The notes: generated from the sequence alone by a model not told the origin. DNA of 63,026 nt, filler included, from Octopus bimaculoides (GCF_001194135.2; 5 parts of 5 records of this genome joined end to end with filler, not necessarily neighbours in it); one strand, 5' to 3'; shown: positions 12,701-25,473, counted from the whole stretch's first letter. Program-made: numbers and translations.

Positions 12701-13104
12701 TGATAATACTTCTATACTTTTTATGAATATAGTTCTATAAGGGGACTTTTATGTCACCAACGTTATTGAGGTATGGAAAAAATTATCAACAACACTGCTA
12801 ATTGACACATTTGACATATTATTAATTAGCATAATAGCATAGCCTGATAAAAAAAACTTGGATAACATGGAAAAATGCAAGCAAGAGAAATAATATTCTT
12901 AACATTATAAATCTGGAAAATTACAGGACAAGTTATTATACTTGGAAAAGTTCAGGACAACTTATTACATCTGATAAAGTACAGAACAAGAAATTTTTAC
13001 TTAAAATATTGCAGCTAAGGATAAAATTTGATTATTAAAAATTATTTGATTTTAATTTACAAAGTAACACTATAATTATAAGTGTAGTCCGAATTTCTAA
13101 CGAT

Positions 13105-14039
13105 GTGACTAAACCGTTTTGCGGTGACACAGATGTGGTCGCGTGGTTAAAAAAAGATGAAGCTGGTTGCGAAGCTCCACGGGATAGGCGACTTAGCAAG
13201 CTTTTTACCGCTGTNNNNNNNNNNNNNNNNNNNNNNNNNNNNNNNNNNNNNNNNNNNNNNNNNNNNNNNNNNNNNNNNNNNNNNNNNNNNNNNNNNNNNN
13301 NNNNNNNNNNNNNNNNNNNNNNNNNNNNNNNNNNNNNNNNNNNNNNNNNNNNNNNNNNNNNNNNNNNNNNNNNNNNNNNNNNNNNNNNNNNNNNNNNNNN
13401 NNNNNNNNNNNNNNNNNNNNNNNNNNNNNNNNNNNNNNNNNNNNNNNNNNNNNNNNNNNNNNNNNNNNNNNNNNNNNNNNNNNNNNNNNNNNNNNNNNNN
13501 NNNNNNNNNNNNNNNNNNNNNNNNNNNNNNNNNNNNNNNNNNNNNNNNNNNAGCAAAGTGGACTGGCGAACAGGTTGACGTGTTTGCCAACGAACTCGAG
13601 ATTGGCTAAACTGGCGAGATACGAAGGAGAATCGCTAGATCGGACGGTTAAGTTGGCGTTTGTGACTGGTTTTCCTGACCCCATGTCGGTCGAGTTGCAG
13701 AAGCTGCCGAACGTGAACTCCATGGCGATGGCAGATATTATAACTCGTGCTCGCGTGCTAGCTTCGTGTTGTAGATCGACGCCGTTGGCGGCAACTGCAA
13801 CAGCAAAAGGTGGCCGATCAAGGAGTAGAGGAGAGGGGTCGAACAAGGAACGTGTGCGACCGTTCAAAGAACAGTGTTTCCGGTGTCAGGGCCCGCACAT
13901 GGTGCGAGACTACAAGTTACCCAAGCCTGAGGTCATTTGCTACCGTTGTCGAGAAACAGTACATATAGCCAGCGAATGTCTGCAGGGAAACTGTCTAAGA
14001 GAGACTACTGCACCAGTGGTCATCCCTTTGGATCAATAG
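13105..14039 (+). pseudogene. gag: gag (frameshifted)
   Basis: KPFCGDTDVVAWLKK; CFRCQGPHMVRD and CYRCRETVHIASEC knuckles. Confidence 0.8.
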
Positions 14040-14631
14040 AGGCGCGTTTGTTGCTACCCGTTGTTGACATTCTGGTGGAGGGAAAGATGTCGCGAGCCCT
14101 CATGGACACGGGCTGTACGACGACCCTGATGACTCCAGGAGTGGTAGAGACGTGGAGTGGAGAAAGCAGTGTGAGGGCAGTCGATGGAAGAGAAGTACGC
14201 TGTGAAGGCATCACAGGTGTGCAGATTGTGGAACAAAGCTGACGCTGCAAGCAATTGTACTTGGCCACTTGGTGGACGAGATTGACGTGGTGATGGGGAT
14301 GGATGCAGTCACTTGTTTAGGAGGTGTCACTGTCAACAAGGCCGGTGTGACTTTCGGGGTTGCGGGGAAACCGTGCATTGGTGAGAACCGTGAAGAAAAC
14401 TATGCCGCACACACCATTGAAGTCTAGGATTTTCATGCCGCCTTCGATGGCCAGAGGTGGACAGTGGAGTGGCACTAGAGGGGAGAGCCCCTGACGTTGA
14501 AAAATAAAGTGGGCTGCTACCAGCATACTTTGAAAGGAGATGCCAGAAGCAAGTTCAAGGGGGAGGTGGAGCGGTGGATTAAGGAGGGCATATTGATCCC
14601 TTGGGAAGAAGAAGTAGAGAGCAAAGTCCTG
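14040..14631 (+). pseudogene. pol: Aspartic protease and RT N-terminus
   Basis: ALMDTGCTTTL (DTG motif); FKGEVERWIKEGILIPW. Confidence 0.8.
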
Positions 14632-15591
14632 NNNNNNNNNNNNNNNNNNNNNNNNNNNNNNNNNNNNNNNNNNNNNNNNNNNNNNNNNNNNNNNNNNNNN
14701 NNNNNNNNNNNNNNNNNNNNNNNNNNNNNNNNNNNNNNNNNNNNNNNNNNNNNNNNNNNNNNNNNNNNNNNNNNNNNNNNNNNNNNNNNNNNNNNNNNNN
14801 NNNNNNNNNNNNNNNNNNNNNNNNNNNNNNNNNNNNNNNNNNNNNNNNNNNNNNNNNNNNNNNNNNNNNNNNNNNNNNNNNNNNNNNNNNNNNNNNNNNN
14901 NNNNNNNNNNNNNNNNNNNNNNNNNNNNNNNNNNNNNNNNNNNNNNNNNNNNNNNNNNNNNNNNNNNNNNNNNNNNNNNNNNNNNNNNNNNNNNNNNNNN
15001 NNNNNNNNNNNNNNNNNNNNNNNNNNNNNNNNNNNNNNNNNNNNNNNNNNNNNNNNNNNNNNNNNNNNNNNNNNNNNNNNNNNNNNNNNNNNNNNNNNNN
15101 NNNNNNNNNNNNNNNNNNNNNNNNNNNNNNNNNNNNNNNNNNNNNNNNNNNNNNNNNNNNNNNNNNNNNNNNNNNNNNNNNNNNNNNNNNNNNNNNNNNN
15201 NNNNNNNNNNNNNNNNNNNNNNNNNNNNNNNNNNNNNNNNNNNNNNNNNNNNNNNNNNNNNNNNNNNNNNNNNNNNNNNNNNNNNNNNNNNNNNNNNNNN
15301 NNNNNNNNNNNNNNNNNNNNNNNNNNNNNNNNNNNNNNNNNNNNNNNNNNNNNNNNNNNNNNNNNNNNNNNNNNNNNNNNNNNNNNNNNNNNNNNNNNNN
15401 NNNNNNNNNNNNNNNNNNNNNNNNNNNNNNNNNNNNNNNNNNNNNNNNNNNNNNNNNNNNNNNNNNNNNNNNNNNNNNNNNNNNNNNNNNNNNNNNNNNN
15501 NNNNNNNNNNNNNNNNNNNNNNNNNNNNNNNNNNNNNNNNNNNNNNNNNNNNNNNNNNNNNNNNNNNNNNNNNNNNNNNNNNNNNNNNNNN

Positions 15592-16900
15592 GGTATGTTC
15601 CCAAATCAAAGAGCGGGATCGTTTGGTGTGACGCCAGTAGCATCGCAATAGGAATTGTCTTAGAAATGGGAGGCACCATGGTGGAAGATGCAGCCTGGCT
15701 CAGAAAGATGGATGACTGCAACCATATCAATGTGGCGGAGTTGGATGCCGTGCTGAAGGGGGTGAACCTGGCCTTTAAGTTGGAGCTGCTCCCCATCGAA
15801 ATTAGGACCGATTCAGCCACTGTGCTTGGTTGGGTGACAGCAGTCAACACCAATGAGCGGAGGGTGCGAACCATGGAGATGTTGGTAAAGCGTTGATTGG
15901 AAATATTGCGTGAGCTAACCGCTGAGTTCGATCTGAAGCTGAGCATGATTTTTGTGCCTTCCGAAAAGAACAGGGCAGACATCTTAACCAGGGTAAAGCG
16001 AGCCCTGGTTGCAGGTGCCAGAGGATGTGGAGCAGGCTGTGGCTGCAGCACGCTGTCTGAGTGAGTCGGAGTTGAGGAGTCTGCATACCATGCATCACAT
16101 GGGAGTGGACAGGACATTGTTCCTAGTCAGGAAAGTCGACTCCGAGGTAACGAGACAGTGAGCAGAGAGTGGTTAGCAGCTGTGACAGGTGCCAGTCTAT
16201 TGACCCTGCTCCGGGCATACATGAGGCGGGGAGTATTCCAGTGGACCACATCTGGAAACGACTGGAAGTGGACATAACATACTACCAGCAAGGGACGTAC
16301 TTCTCAATAGTTGACTGCGGACCAGGGCGGATGGCCATATGGAGGGAGATGAAGACAGGGGCTTCAGAGGAAATCGTGAGAGTGATAAATGAGATATTCC
16401 TGGAACGAGGCCCCGTGGATGAGCTGCTGCTGGATAATGGCACTGCATTTCACTCAGAGGTGCTGAAAGAAATGCTTGATGGGTGGCAGGTCAGCCGCTT
16501 CTTCAGGGCGGCATACCGGCCAAGTGGAAATGGAGTGGTGGAAAGGCATCATCGTACCATCAAGACCATGGCAGAGAGGGGCCACATTTCGCCAATCGAG
16601 GCCGTATTTTGGTACATGTCGCCCAGGTCAGGACAGGCTGAGGAGTCGGTGCCACACAGGGCAATATTCAGGTACGAGTGGAGGCATCCGTGTATTGCAT
16701 CAATGCGACTCGGGGGAGAGGAAGAGCACACCTTTGTGCAGGTCAGGGAAGAAGTTTGGGTAAAACCCCCAAATACATGGTGTACATCACAATGTGGAAA
16801 AGGAACAATAACCTCCAATTCGAAGAACAACGTGTCTGTCTATGGTATGTCACACCATGTTTTGGATGTGCGTAAGATTGTCAATGCCTCAGAGGATGGA
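15592..16900 (+). pseudogene. pol: RNase H and integrase
   Basis: WCDASSIAIG...HINVAELDAV...TDSATV; HHCC (HTMHHMG...CDRC); LLDNGTAF; YRPSGNGVVERHHRTIK. Confidence 0.85.
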
Positions 16901-17126
16901 ACCAGCAGCAGTGGGCAAGATGATGAAGACAGCAGCAGTAGGCAAGATGTTGAAGCCAGCAGCAGTGTGCCAGGAACTCAGGCCAGTCCCAGAGTCGCAC
17001 AGCGACCACAGAGGTAGCGGCACCCTCCTCCTTGGTTGGCTGATTATGAAACCAATTAAGGTGTGAGTTCGGGAGCAAGGAGTGAGTGGGAAAGCCGGTT
17101 GAGTGATCTGTAGATCAGGGGGTGCG

Positions 17127-17387
17127 TGTGGTGTTATGGGCTGTGATGAGCTATGTGGTGTTGGTGGAGAGGGATCGCAGATGAAGCAAACGGAAGTGAA
17201 GACAGACCGGAAGTCGGCCACACGCAGTGGACAGCGAGCACGTGTGGTCAGTTCGAACATCGACAGCGTACATAGATGTGTTTTGATCTGGAGCGATCGT
17301 TTACCCTGTCACGGTCGACAAGGTAAGGTCGCAGTGTTTTCGTTCTCCCTTTTGCTTCTTGTTGTCTTTTTCCTCCATCACACCACA
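17127..17387 (+). repeat. 3' LTR (261 bp)
   Basis: Follows PPT-like AGATCAGGGGG (17112-17122); ends TGTGGTGT...ACACCACA (8-bp inverted termini). Confidence 0.75.
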
Positions 17388-18361
17388 TTATTTATATCAT
17401 TATTATTATTATATATATATATATATAAAGACATAGGTTATACTTTCTCATATAAGGGTGAACATATGTAAGAGAGTGTGTATGAGCACATTACAGCTAT
17501 CTGTCAAGCATCATCTGTTTTCCCAAATCCACTTTGTTTTACCCAGGGAGTGCCTTGAATCTGGTATTTGTCTTCATGTATTATTGAGGAATAATTTTGG
17601 ATTTTTATGCAAATTTTGGAAAACATTTGTTGAGAAATGGTGACTATGTTTTAAGACAAACAGACAAGTATTACCATATATAGACATAGCTATTTGAGAA
17701 AGAAAAAGAAAATAGTTGCTGGTATTTAGCTTCAGGTCAACCCTGCTCAATTGCACAAACCTATGGTCAACAGCCTTCCAGTAATATATTTCCCTGTCTT
17801 TTTAGTAGTACATCTAGAAATACATTATTTCAATTATGATAAGGTATTAAGAGAAATTTGGCTGCTATTCCTACCAGGTTCAGCAACCATGTTAAGTCAC
17901 AGAACCATGTTCTTTGACTTATGGGGGAAAAAATAGTTGTTGGTAAGACTGTGTAGTGACAGCATAAATTTAACAGCTACATAAACATGTAGGTGTGTTT
18001 AAGGTTTGATCATTCTATAAACAAGCATGATGCTGGAGTTTAATGCAGAATTGATATAAAGATCAATATATTAGAGTAACTCTTTATAACATTTCACTTA
18101 ATAAAAACCTCACATCAAAGTTTATTTCTAGCAATATTAACGTTTCATCTGCCTCTTCTATTTATAACTAAAATACAGTTTAAAATGTTCAGATATATGC
18201 ACATTTTACATACAGATCATTATGAAAATTGTTTAATATCTACAAATACCATTCTATATGTCTCTGTAATCCATAAGGTTTTTCTTACATAAACCTGAAG
18301 GAACAGTAACATTCATGTTATTTCCCCATTCTCTGTTCTTATGTCATTATTCTTTTATTAT

Positions 18362-18587
18362 TTTCCTTGTTTCAGTCATTTTACTGCAGCCATGCTAGAG
18401 TACAGCCTTGAAGGGTTTTAGTTGAACAAATCAACCCCAGGACTTAGTTCTTAAACCTAGTACTTATTCTATCAGTTTCTTTTCCCAAATTGCTAAGTTA
18501 CAGGGATGTAGTAAACACCAACACCAGTTGTCAAGCAGTGATGAAGAACAAACACAGACACAAAGACACACACACACACACACACAC

Positions 18588-18629
<42 letters not shown>

Positions 18630-18639
18630 NNNNNNNNNN

Positions 18640-18674
<35 letters not shown>

Positions 18675-18819
18675 GACAGGCTTCTTTCCATCTACCTAAT
18701 CCACTCACAAAGTTTTGGTCAGTCCAAGGCAATAGTAGAAGACACTTGCCCGAAGTGCTTCATGATAGGACTGAACCCAAAACTATGTTGTTGGAAAGCA
18801 AGCTTCTTACCACATAGCC
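18362..18819 (-). mobile_element. SINE family A, full length with internal (CA)n
   Basis: Head GGCTATGTGGTAAGAAGC and tail GACTGAAACAAG on the minus strand. Confidence 0.8.
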
Positions 18820-18864
18820 ATGCTTGTGACTATATTCTATATTTTTAGCAGATACATTTGTATA

Positions 18865-18995
18865 TATCATCATCATTATCATTATCATTTTAATGTTCAT
18901 TTTCCTGGCTTGCATGACTCCGATGAAATTTATTGGGACAGATTTTCTAAATCTGGATGGTCATCTTGTTGTCAACCTCACCTGTTTCTAAACAA
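18865..18995 (-). mobile_element. RTE-type 3' tail fragment with (GAT)n
   Basis: Reverse complement has ...CATCCAGATTTAGAAAATCTG...CATGCAAGCCAGGAAAATGAACATTAAAA(TGA)n. Confidence 0.55.
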
Positions 18996-19139
18996 AGAAA
19001 TATTTGCTTTATTGCTTTGAACATGAAAAGCATAGCGGCCAGAGATGTTCTTGAAGAAGATTACAAATAAATGACTCCACATGTATGGCAGTGGACAAGA
19101 CAAGGAGATACAAATACAAATTCACACCTATGTACATAC

Positions 19140-19172
<33 letters not shown>

Positions 19173-21270
19173 AGAATAGGGTGTAGTTTGTTTTGTTTAC
19201 TTTTGCATGTTTGCATGAGTTGGATTGGATTTCTAAGGCAGTGTTTTTTGGCAGATGCTTTTCTTTCGGTAAAACACTTTTAATTGCCTCTTGTAATATG
19301 CAAGTATGCAACGTGCCAATCCTAAAGCCTAGAATACATATTTTATAAGTGTATGTGTGAGTTAGAGAGAGGAGGTCGGGAAGGAGAGAGAGTAAGAAAA
19401 AGAGAGATCATTGAGCTAAAAGCAGTGACATTTGTTAACATTTGTTATAAATAATTCAACATGTAGTTCCATGCTTTTGAAGACAAGTGGAATAATAAAA
19501 TCCCTAACCCAAAAATACTGGTATGGTCTAGCAACAGGAAGGGGCTCCAGCTGTGAAACAATGCCTCAATAATATGCATTCATCCTACTTGTGTTAACAA
19601 AGAAAAATGGACAGATAAATGAATGAGTGAATGAACAGAAACAGACATCCAGACAGATTAGTATAGTATAATACTGAGTACAACCACCTCAAAGAAAAGA
19701 GAACTCAAAACATTTGTCAAGTAACAATTTTAGTGTGTGAGTACTGAAAAGTGCAATGCATTACTGTGACTAGTAGTTTCATCTAAGTCAGGATCTTCAG
19801 ACTGAGAAACCTGAGATTAAATGGCAGGGATCTTCCTGCAGAATTAACAGAAGAATAACACATTAGATTCAGTTGGTCATTATCAGCTCATTAAGAATGC
19901 TTATTTCATCATTCTACAAAGAGAGACAGTAGTATACTACTAATCATGAAAAATGTGATGAGCAAGTGTGATGGAATTGTGAAGTAAAAAGTGTGATGAA
20001 CACTACTAGAGATCAGATGTATATGAGTACATTCATTGGCGATGAATATTATTTAAATAAAGAAACATTGTGTTTGTGGATAAGCTATAAATAAATTTAC
20101 ATACATGCATTTAGGAAATATACATTTAGACTCACTGAGCATACACACACACACACACACACATAGAGTTTAAATTAGGTTAAGATTTCAGTTTAAATTA
20201 TGGTGGTGCATTATTTCACTTATATAATTTTACTTACACATAGACCGATCAGAAACATAATTCAGAAGTTTCTACTGCCCATCATTGACAGCCAATTAAT
20301 ACAAGTCTGGTGTCTATAAATATAGCAGTAGTATTGTTTTTCATTCTTTCTACATCTTTCCCCAGATGCAGCATCATTTTGCTTTAGCTATAAAAATTTG
20401 TTTGCATGCAGAAAAACAAGTAAAAGTATTCAATCCAAAGAAATAATGTAATATATTTGATAACAGCTGATTCCTTCCCTCTTGTGTAACTCTGAGTTTT
20501 CCTTTATGTAATCAGATAGTACTAGGTTGACAGAGAACATACTTTTATATACATAGGATTAAGTTACCATTAAAATGTCACAAGATATATTTGAAAATAA
20601 ACATGTAATTTGATTGGTTGCTGAAATTTAATAGATTTAGTGTTGATATGAAAATAAGTTATGTTTGCTAAGTTAAAAGGATGAAAAACAGAAAGAAATA
20701 GCAAAAGACAAAAAAGAAAGAAGGGATGGGAGAAATGAGGTAAAGAGTTAAAAAGCAAAAGACTAGAAAGAATAAAAAGATTTAAGGCGATCATATAATA
20801 TATTAATTTAAAAAATAGATGTAGTTTAAAAAACTCTATATTATTGATATATGTAAGAGAGAAAAATTGAATGTGGAAATAGAAAATAGATGGCATGAGA
20901 AAGGAGTGGCTTTATTATATAATATGATGTTTTAAAGAAAACTTATATAACAGTGCTTTCACAAAGAGAGTGAAGAACAGAAAGAGAATCAGGAAAGGAG
21001 GAATAAAAAAATGTTTAAAACAATTGTATATCTTGATAGAAAAAGCTATGTAAATGATATTGCAAAGTGTTGAATGTAACAATATAAAATTACATATAAA
21101 TAATTATTAGCATATGAAAGTTGATATTCAATTGATGGAATTGTGAAGTAACTTTATTGTATACTAACATAAATAAAATGTATAATTAATTAACAGTGAA
21201 TAGGAAGACTTGTAGTTTGGGGTGGGGAGTTGTATTTTTTTTTATAATGGAATAAAAATTGCCAGTTTCA

Positions 21271-21480
21271 TGTGGCCTGGTGGTTGGGGTGTTTCACTCA
21301 CAATCGCAAGATCATGGTTTTGATTCTTGGACCAGTCAGTGCATTGTGCTCTTGAGCAAAACACCTCACTTCACATTGCTCTATGATCACTTCAACATCT
21401 GTACAGGCAATGTCAACTTGGTGTAGAAAGTAAGTTCATATACAGCACAAACATTTGATCATTATACACAAATTCTTTGT
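21271..21480 (+). mobile_element. SINE family C (tRNA head + CORE-like segment), degraded
   Basis: GTGGCCTGGTGGTT...GGTTTTGATTC...CTCTTGAGCAAAACACCTCACTTCACATTGCT, similar to 44091. Confidence 0.6.
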
Positions 21481-21718
21481 GCAGGGTGTTTAGCAAGAAA
21501 CTGTGGAGTCATCTTTCTCAAACATGGGAGACTACAAAGAAGAGGTAGAATACATTTCAAAAGTTAGGGACTTCAGTATAAGCATTTGCATTTTCCAAGA
21601 TCTATTTGATATCAAAAACGTTTTTTTAAGTACTCATTAAATGTTTTTACATACTGATATATTTGGTATACTGGTTGTCCCTCCCCTACTTCTTACAAAT
21701 TAACTATTTGACCAATAT

Positions 21719-22111
21719 TACATTTCTAAATCTCTCTGAGAGATTTAGAAATGTATTATTTCTATTTTTGAAATCAGTGAATGTATTTCACTTGAAATCT
21801 ATGTTTTCAAAGGCAGGTGGGCATTAATAGCTAAGCCATGCTACTCCAGACTGATGATGAGCAATGACTCTGAAACTAGTCTCTGGATGCTGGCTTTGCT
21901 GGGTGGAGGTGCTTATCTCCTGCCTTTGAAAATATAAGGACTCAGAAAATGTGTCATGGCCAACTGAAAACGGTGTTTCCTGGGGCTAAATAGCAGTAGC
22001 ATTCTTCCCTTTCATTGGACTGTCACATTAAGTTGACAACATATCATCACTTTATCATGCTGCTGCTGTATAATCTCTCTGAGAGATTTAGAAATGTAAT
22101 ATTTCTATTTT
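21719..22111 (+). mobile_element. 343-nt non-coding hammerhead-bearing unit (retrozyme-like or non-autonomous PLE)
   Basis: 40-bp direct repeats at 21729-21768 and 22072-22111; 18-bp-arm palindrome at 21719-21755; central hammerhead. Confidence 0.65.
21845..21887 (+). ncRNA. Minimal type-I hammerhead ribozyme
   Basis: TCCAGA-CTGATGA-T-GAG(caatga)CTC-T-GAAA-CTAG-TC-TCTGGA: 6-bp stem I, intact core, palindromic stem III, GUC site. Confidence 0.75.
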
Positions 22112-22185
22112 CGACCAATATATTCTTTAACTATTGACAACTATATGCAATAAATAATAGAACTTACCAAACATTTACAATTTAA

Positions 22186-22405
22186 CCCTTCTGATACCAA
22201 CCTGCCTAAGACTATCCTTGGTTCCATGATATAAATTTTCTATTTTACAGTGATCTAAATTAAAACTTGCCCCAAAAATTTCATGCTAATATATTTCAAA
22301 CACCAGCTTAATAATAACCAAATTATTTTACTAAATTCTTCATTAGTTTCAAAATTAATTGAAGTAAAATCACTGTATTTCATCAGAAATATAGTAATGA
22401 ATGCA
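22186..22405. mobile_element. TTAA-flanked MITE (piggyBac-like ends), degraded
   Basis: TTAA|CCCTTC... at the left end; right end degraded (...GAATGCA|TTAA). Confidence 0.45.
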
Positions 22406-22956
22406 TTAAGGACATGAATCAGGGTTTATACAATTGTACAATTGAATTAAAAATAACTGAAGGATTGATTTTTTTTAGACTTGAAGTTGGACAAACATTT
22501 GACTAAGTTGGAAATAGCTTGTTTTAACAATGTTAACATTGAAAACTTTCTGCTATTTGTGAAATGTTTATGTAAAAGTTTTAGAAACTTTCTGGCAAAC
22601 AAGTGATTATAAAGAGAATTATACTGTAATATGTTGTTTTCTCTTTTTGCATAAGAGTATTAGTAAAATTATATATGCATTGTATTCTTTCTTTTTGTAT
22701 AAAAGTATTATTAAAATTATTCAACGTATACTTTATCTTAAGCTTAAAACCTCTCCATGATAAGTCTCATTCACAGTAATCTGCAACATTATTGAAGTAA
22801 TTTTCATCATACACAATTCTTAGTAAAAGGTGGATAATATTTTGGAGTAAATTGTTAAAGATAGCTAGTGGACACTTTAACTTCTTGTGAATAAACTGTA
22901 AAATGTATTATAATGGAGCTACTTGCAAGTATCTAAGTTTTAAGTAATGTCTCTCT

Positions 22957-22993
<37 letters not shown>

Positions 22994-23215
22994 GTAACTG
23001 AACTCAGCACTACATATTGACTAAGCAAATTTGCAGTGCTTCTGCTCCTTACAGTAGTCAGTTGTTTCCACTCTGTGAAGTACCTACTTCATTGAGAAGG
23101 TCTGAGCAATATCCTTGTGATGGATTCAACCAAGTGCTATTAACTGGATATGAACTATTAATATTAGCCTCCTCTTTAGCTGTTTGTTTTTTGATATGCA
23201 ATGCATATGCACACA

Positions 23216-24133
23216 TATCAAAAAGTTCCTGGACTAGTTCTGTAGCGCACCAACAGATGGCAGCACACACTTGCATGTGCAGTGAGAGCTAGCAGTGATC
23301 TTCATGAGGCAGTGTGCTTAGTGACATCACTGTGTTTACTTTGCAAGTTGTGAAATTTGTGTTTTTGTGATCACATGTATGCAATAGTCTGTGATTTTGT
23401 CATGGAAAGGAAATTGGAACAAAAAGATAATGTGAAATTTTGTGTTAAACTTGGGAAGTCTGCTACAGAGATACTCTCCATACTATAGCAAGCTTACAGT
23501 GATGAGGCAATGGGTCATACACATTGTTTTGAATGGTATGGGTACTTCAAAAGTGGAAGAACATTCCTGGCAGACGATGAACAATCTGGAAGACCTTCTA
23601 CAAGTGTTACCCCCAGAAATGTGATATTGTGCATCAAGAATTCACACACCCCTGGACCAGACCGTCAATCAAGAGTTCTACTGAAGGTTTTGAAGTGTCT
23701 GAGGGAGGACATTCAGTGAAAGCAACTGGATCTCTGGAGTGCGAAGAATTGGATTCTTAGCAACAATGCACCCTGTGATCAAGCTCTCTTTACTCATGAG
23801 TTTCTCACCAAAAACAATATGGTATCGGTTTCACACCCACCCTATTCGCCAGATTTAGCACCAGCAAATTTCTATCTTTTCCCCAAGATGAAAATGCAGC
23901 TCAAAGGTCACCATTTTAACGCTGTTGTCAAGATCTAGGGCAAATTGCAGAAGGTCCTTGACTTGCTTACCAAAAACGACTTCCAGGCCAAATTCCAAAA
24001 GTGGCAGGAACGCTGGTACCAGTGTATTGCTGAGCAAGGTGACTATTTCGAAGGAGATTATGCTAAAACTTAGGTAAATAAGTTATTTTTATTCAACATA
24101 ACTAGTCCTGGAACTTTTCGATACCACCTTGTA
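23216..24133 (+). mobile_element. Mariner DNA transposon, internally deleted
   Basis: TIRs TATCAAAAAGTTCCTGGACTAGT / ACTAGTCCTGGAACTTTTCGATA; HTH ...FEWY..FKSG...DDEQSGRPST; NNAP; HPPYSPDLAP motif. Confidence 0.9.
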
Positions 24134-24144
24134 TGATCATATAC

Positions 24145-24180
24145 ACACACACACACACACACATATACACACTCACACAA

Positions 24181-24256
<76 letters not shown>

Positions 24257-24275
24257 TCACACAAACACATACACT
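24145..24275. repeat. (CA)n/(TA)n microsatellite
   Basis: Direct observation. Confidence 0.9.
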
Positions 24276-25009
24276 AACATGAACACACTTTCTTAAAGAT
24301 AGTGTATTTATCCTTGACATGGGGTTTTGAGCATGCTTTTGTTTAGTGTGTGTATGTGTGTGTCATTTTTTATTTGTTTGTTTTGCATGAATTTTTATCT
24401 GAAACCATATGTTGAAAAGCTCAAATAAAATGTTGTGAGAAAAAAGCAATATTCATTGATGATTTATTTCCAGAAGGTATTGAAGACAATTTCAGATGAT
24501 ATTTTGGCATCATCAGTGACATCAGTGAAATATAGTCTTGCTGTAACTTGTCCAAGTAGTATTAAAAAATAATATTATTTGAAACAACCTGCCATAAAGT
24601 GTATCCTTTTGCTGGCATCCATTCTATATGTGACATGCATCCTATCCATACAAAGCTTACTCAGTCGCTGGGTTAGGTATACAGATCTGCAATACCAGTC
24701 AACTTCAAAGTTTAGAACACAGTTCATATGGTTGAGAAGAAACCCAGCTCAACTCTTTCCATTTCTGATGCTAGCTCACAAACACCAGAATTAGGTGTTG
24801 AGCTGAGAATCATGTCTTTATTAGATAGCCCAGTACTCACTGTTATACAACTGTATAGTGAGATCATAAACTCCTTTGTACTTCCTGAAGTGCTTATTTT
24901 GATTGTTCTACACATAGAGTCTTATAGAGAGGTAGCTACCTTACCACTAACTTCTAGAAATATAACTATCTTGCCTAAAATTTCTAGAGATTTAATTACC
25001 TTTTATGTA

Positions 25010-25151
25010 TAAGAAGCTTGCTTCCCAACCACATGGTTCTGGGTTCACTCCCACTGTGTGGCACCTTGGGCAAGTGTCTTCTACTATAGCTTTGGGCCAA
25101 CCAAAACCTTATGAGTGGATTTGGTAGATGGAAACTGAAAGAAGCCTATCA

Positions 25152-25184
<33 letters not shown>

Positions 25185-25388
25185 GTCTTTGTGTCTGTGT
25201 TTTTGTGTCTATTTTGGTCCTCCACCACTGCTTAACAATCGATGCTGGTGTGTTTATCTCCTTGTAACTTAGTGGTTCAGCAAAAGAGACCAATAGAATA
25301 AGTACCAGACTTTAAAAAAAAGTCAATTCATTCACCTAAAAGTTCTTCAAGGTGGTGGCCTCTGTCTAATGACTGAAACAATTAAAAG
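25010..25388 (+). mobile_element. SINE family A with internal (TG)n
   Basis: TAAGAAGCTTGCTTCCCAACCACATGGTTCTGGGTTCACTCCCACTG...GACTGAAACAA. Confidence 0.8.
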
Positions 25389-25461
25389 ACAAAATATATA
25401 TATACAAATATACATATNNNNNNNNNNNNNNNNNNNNNNNNNNNNNNNNNNNNNNNNNNNN

Positions 25462-25473
25462 TTAATTAATTAA
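25462..25473. other. Assembly gap marker TTAATTAATTAA within Ns (also 44774, 53952, 59841)
   Basis: Identical 12-mer centred in 100-nt gap blocks (44 N each side counted at the first); stop codons in all six frames. Confidence 0.9.

Larger units (their letters stand above)
13085..17387 (+). mobile_element. Gypsy-type LTR retrotransposon, 5' LTR missing, partly in gaps
   Basis: Gag with two zinc knuckles, protease, RT start, RNase H, integrase, PPT and 3' LTR, in Gypsy domain order. Confidence 0.9.

Noticed and set aside
25462-25473. Recurrent TTAATTAATTAA motif
   Set aside because: It always sits inside fixed-size N blocks, so it is a scaffolding marker and not biological.
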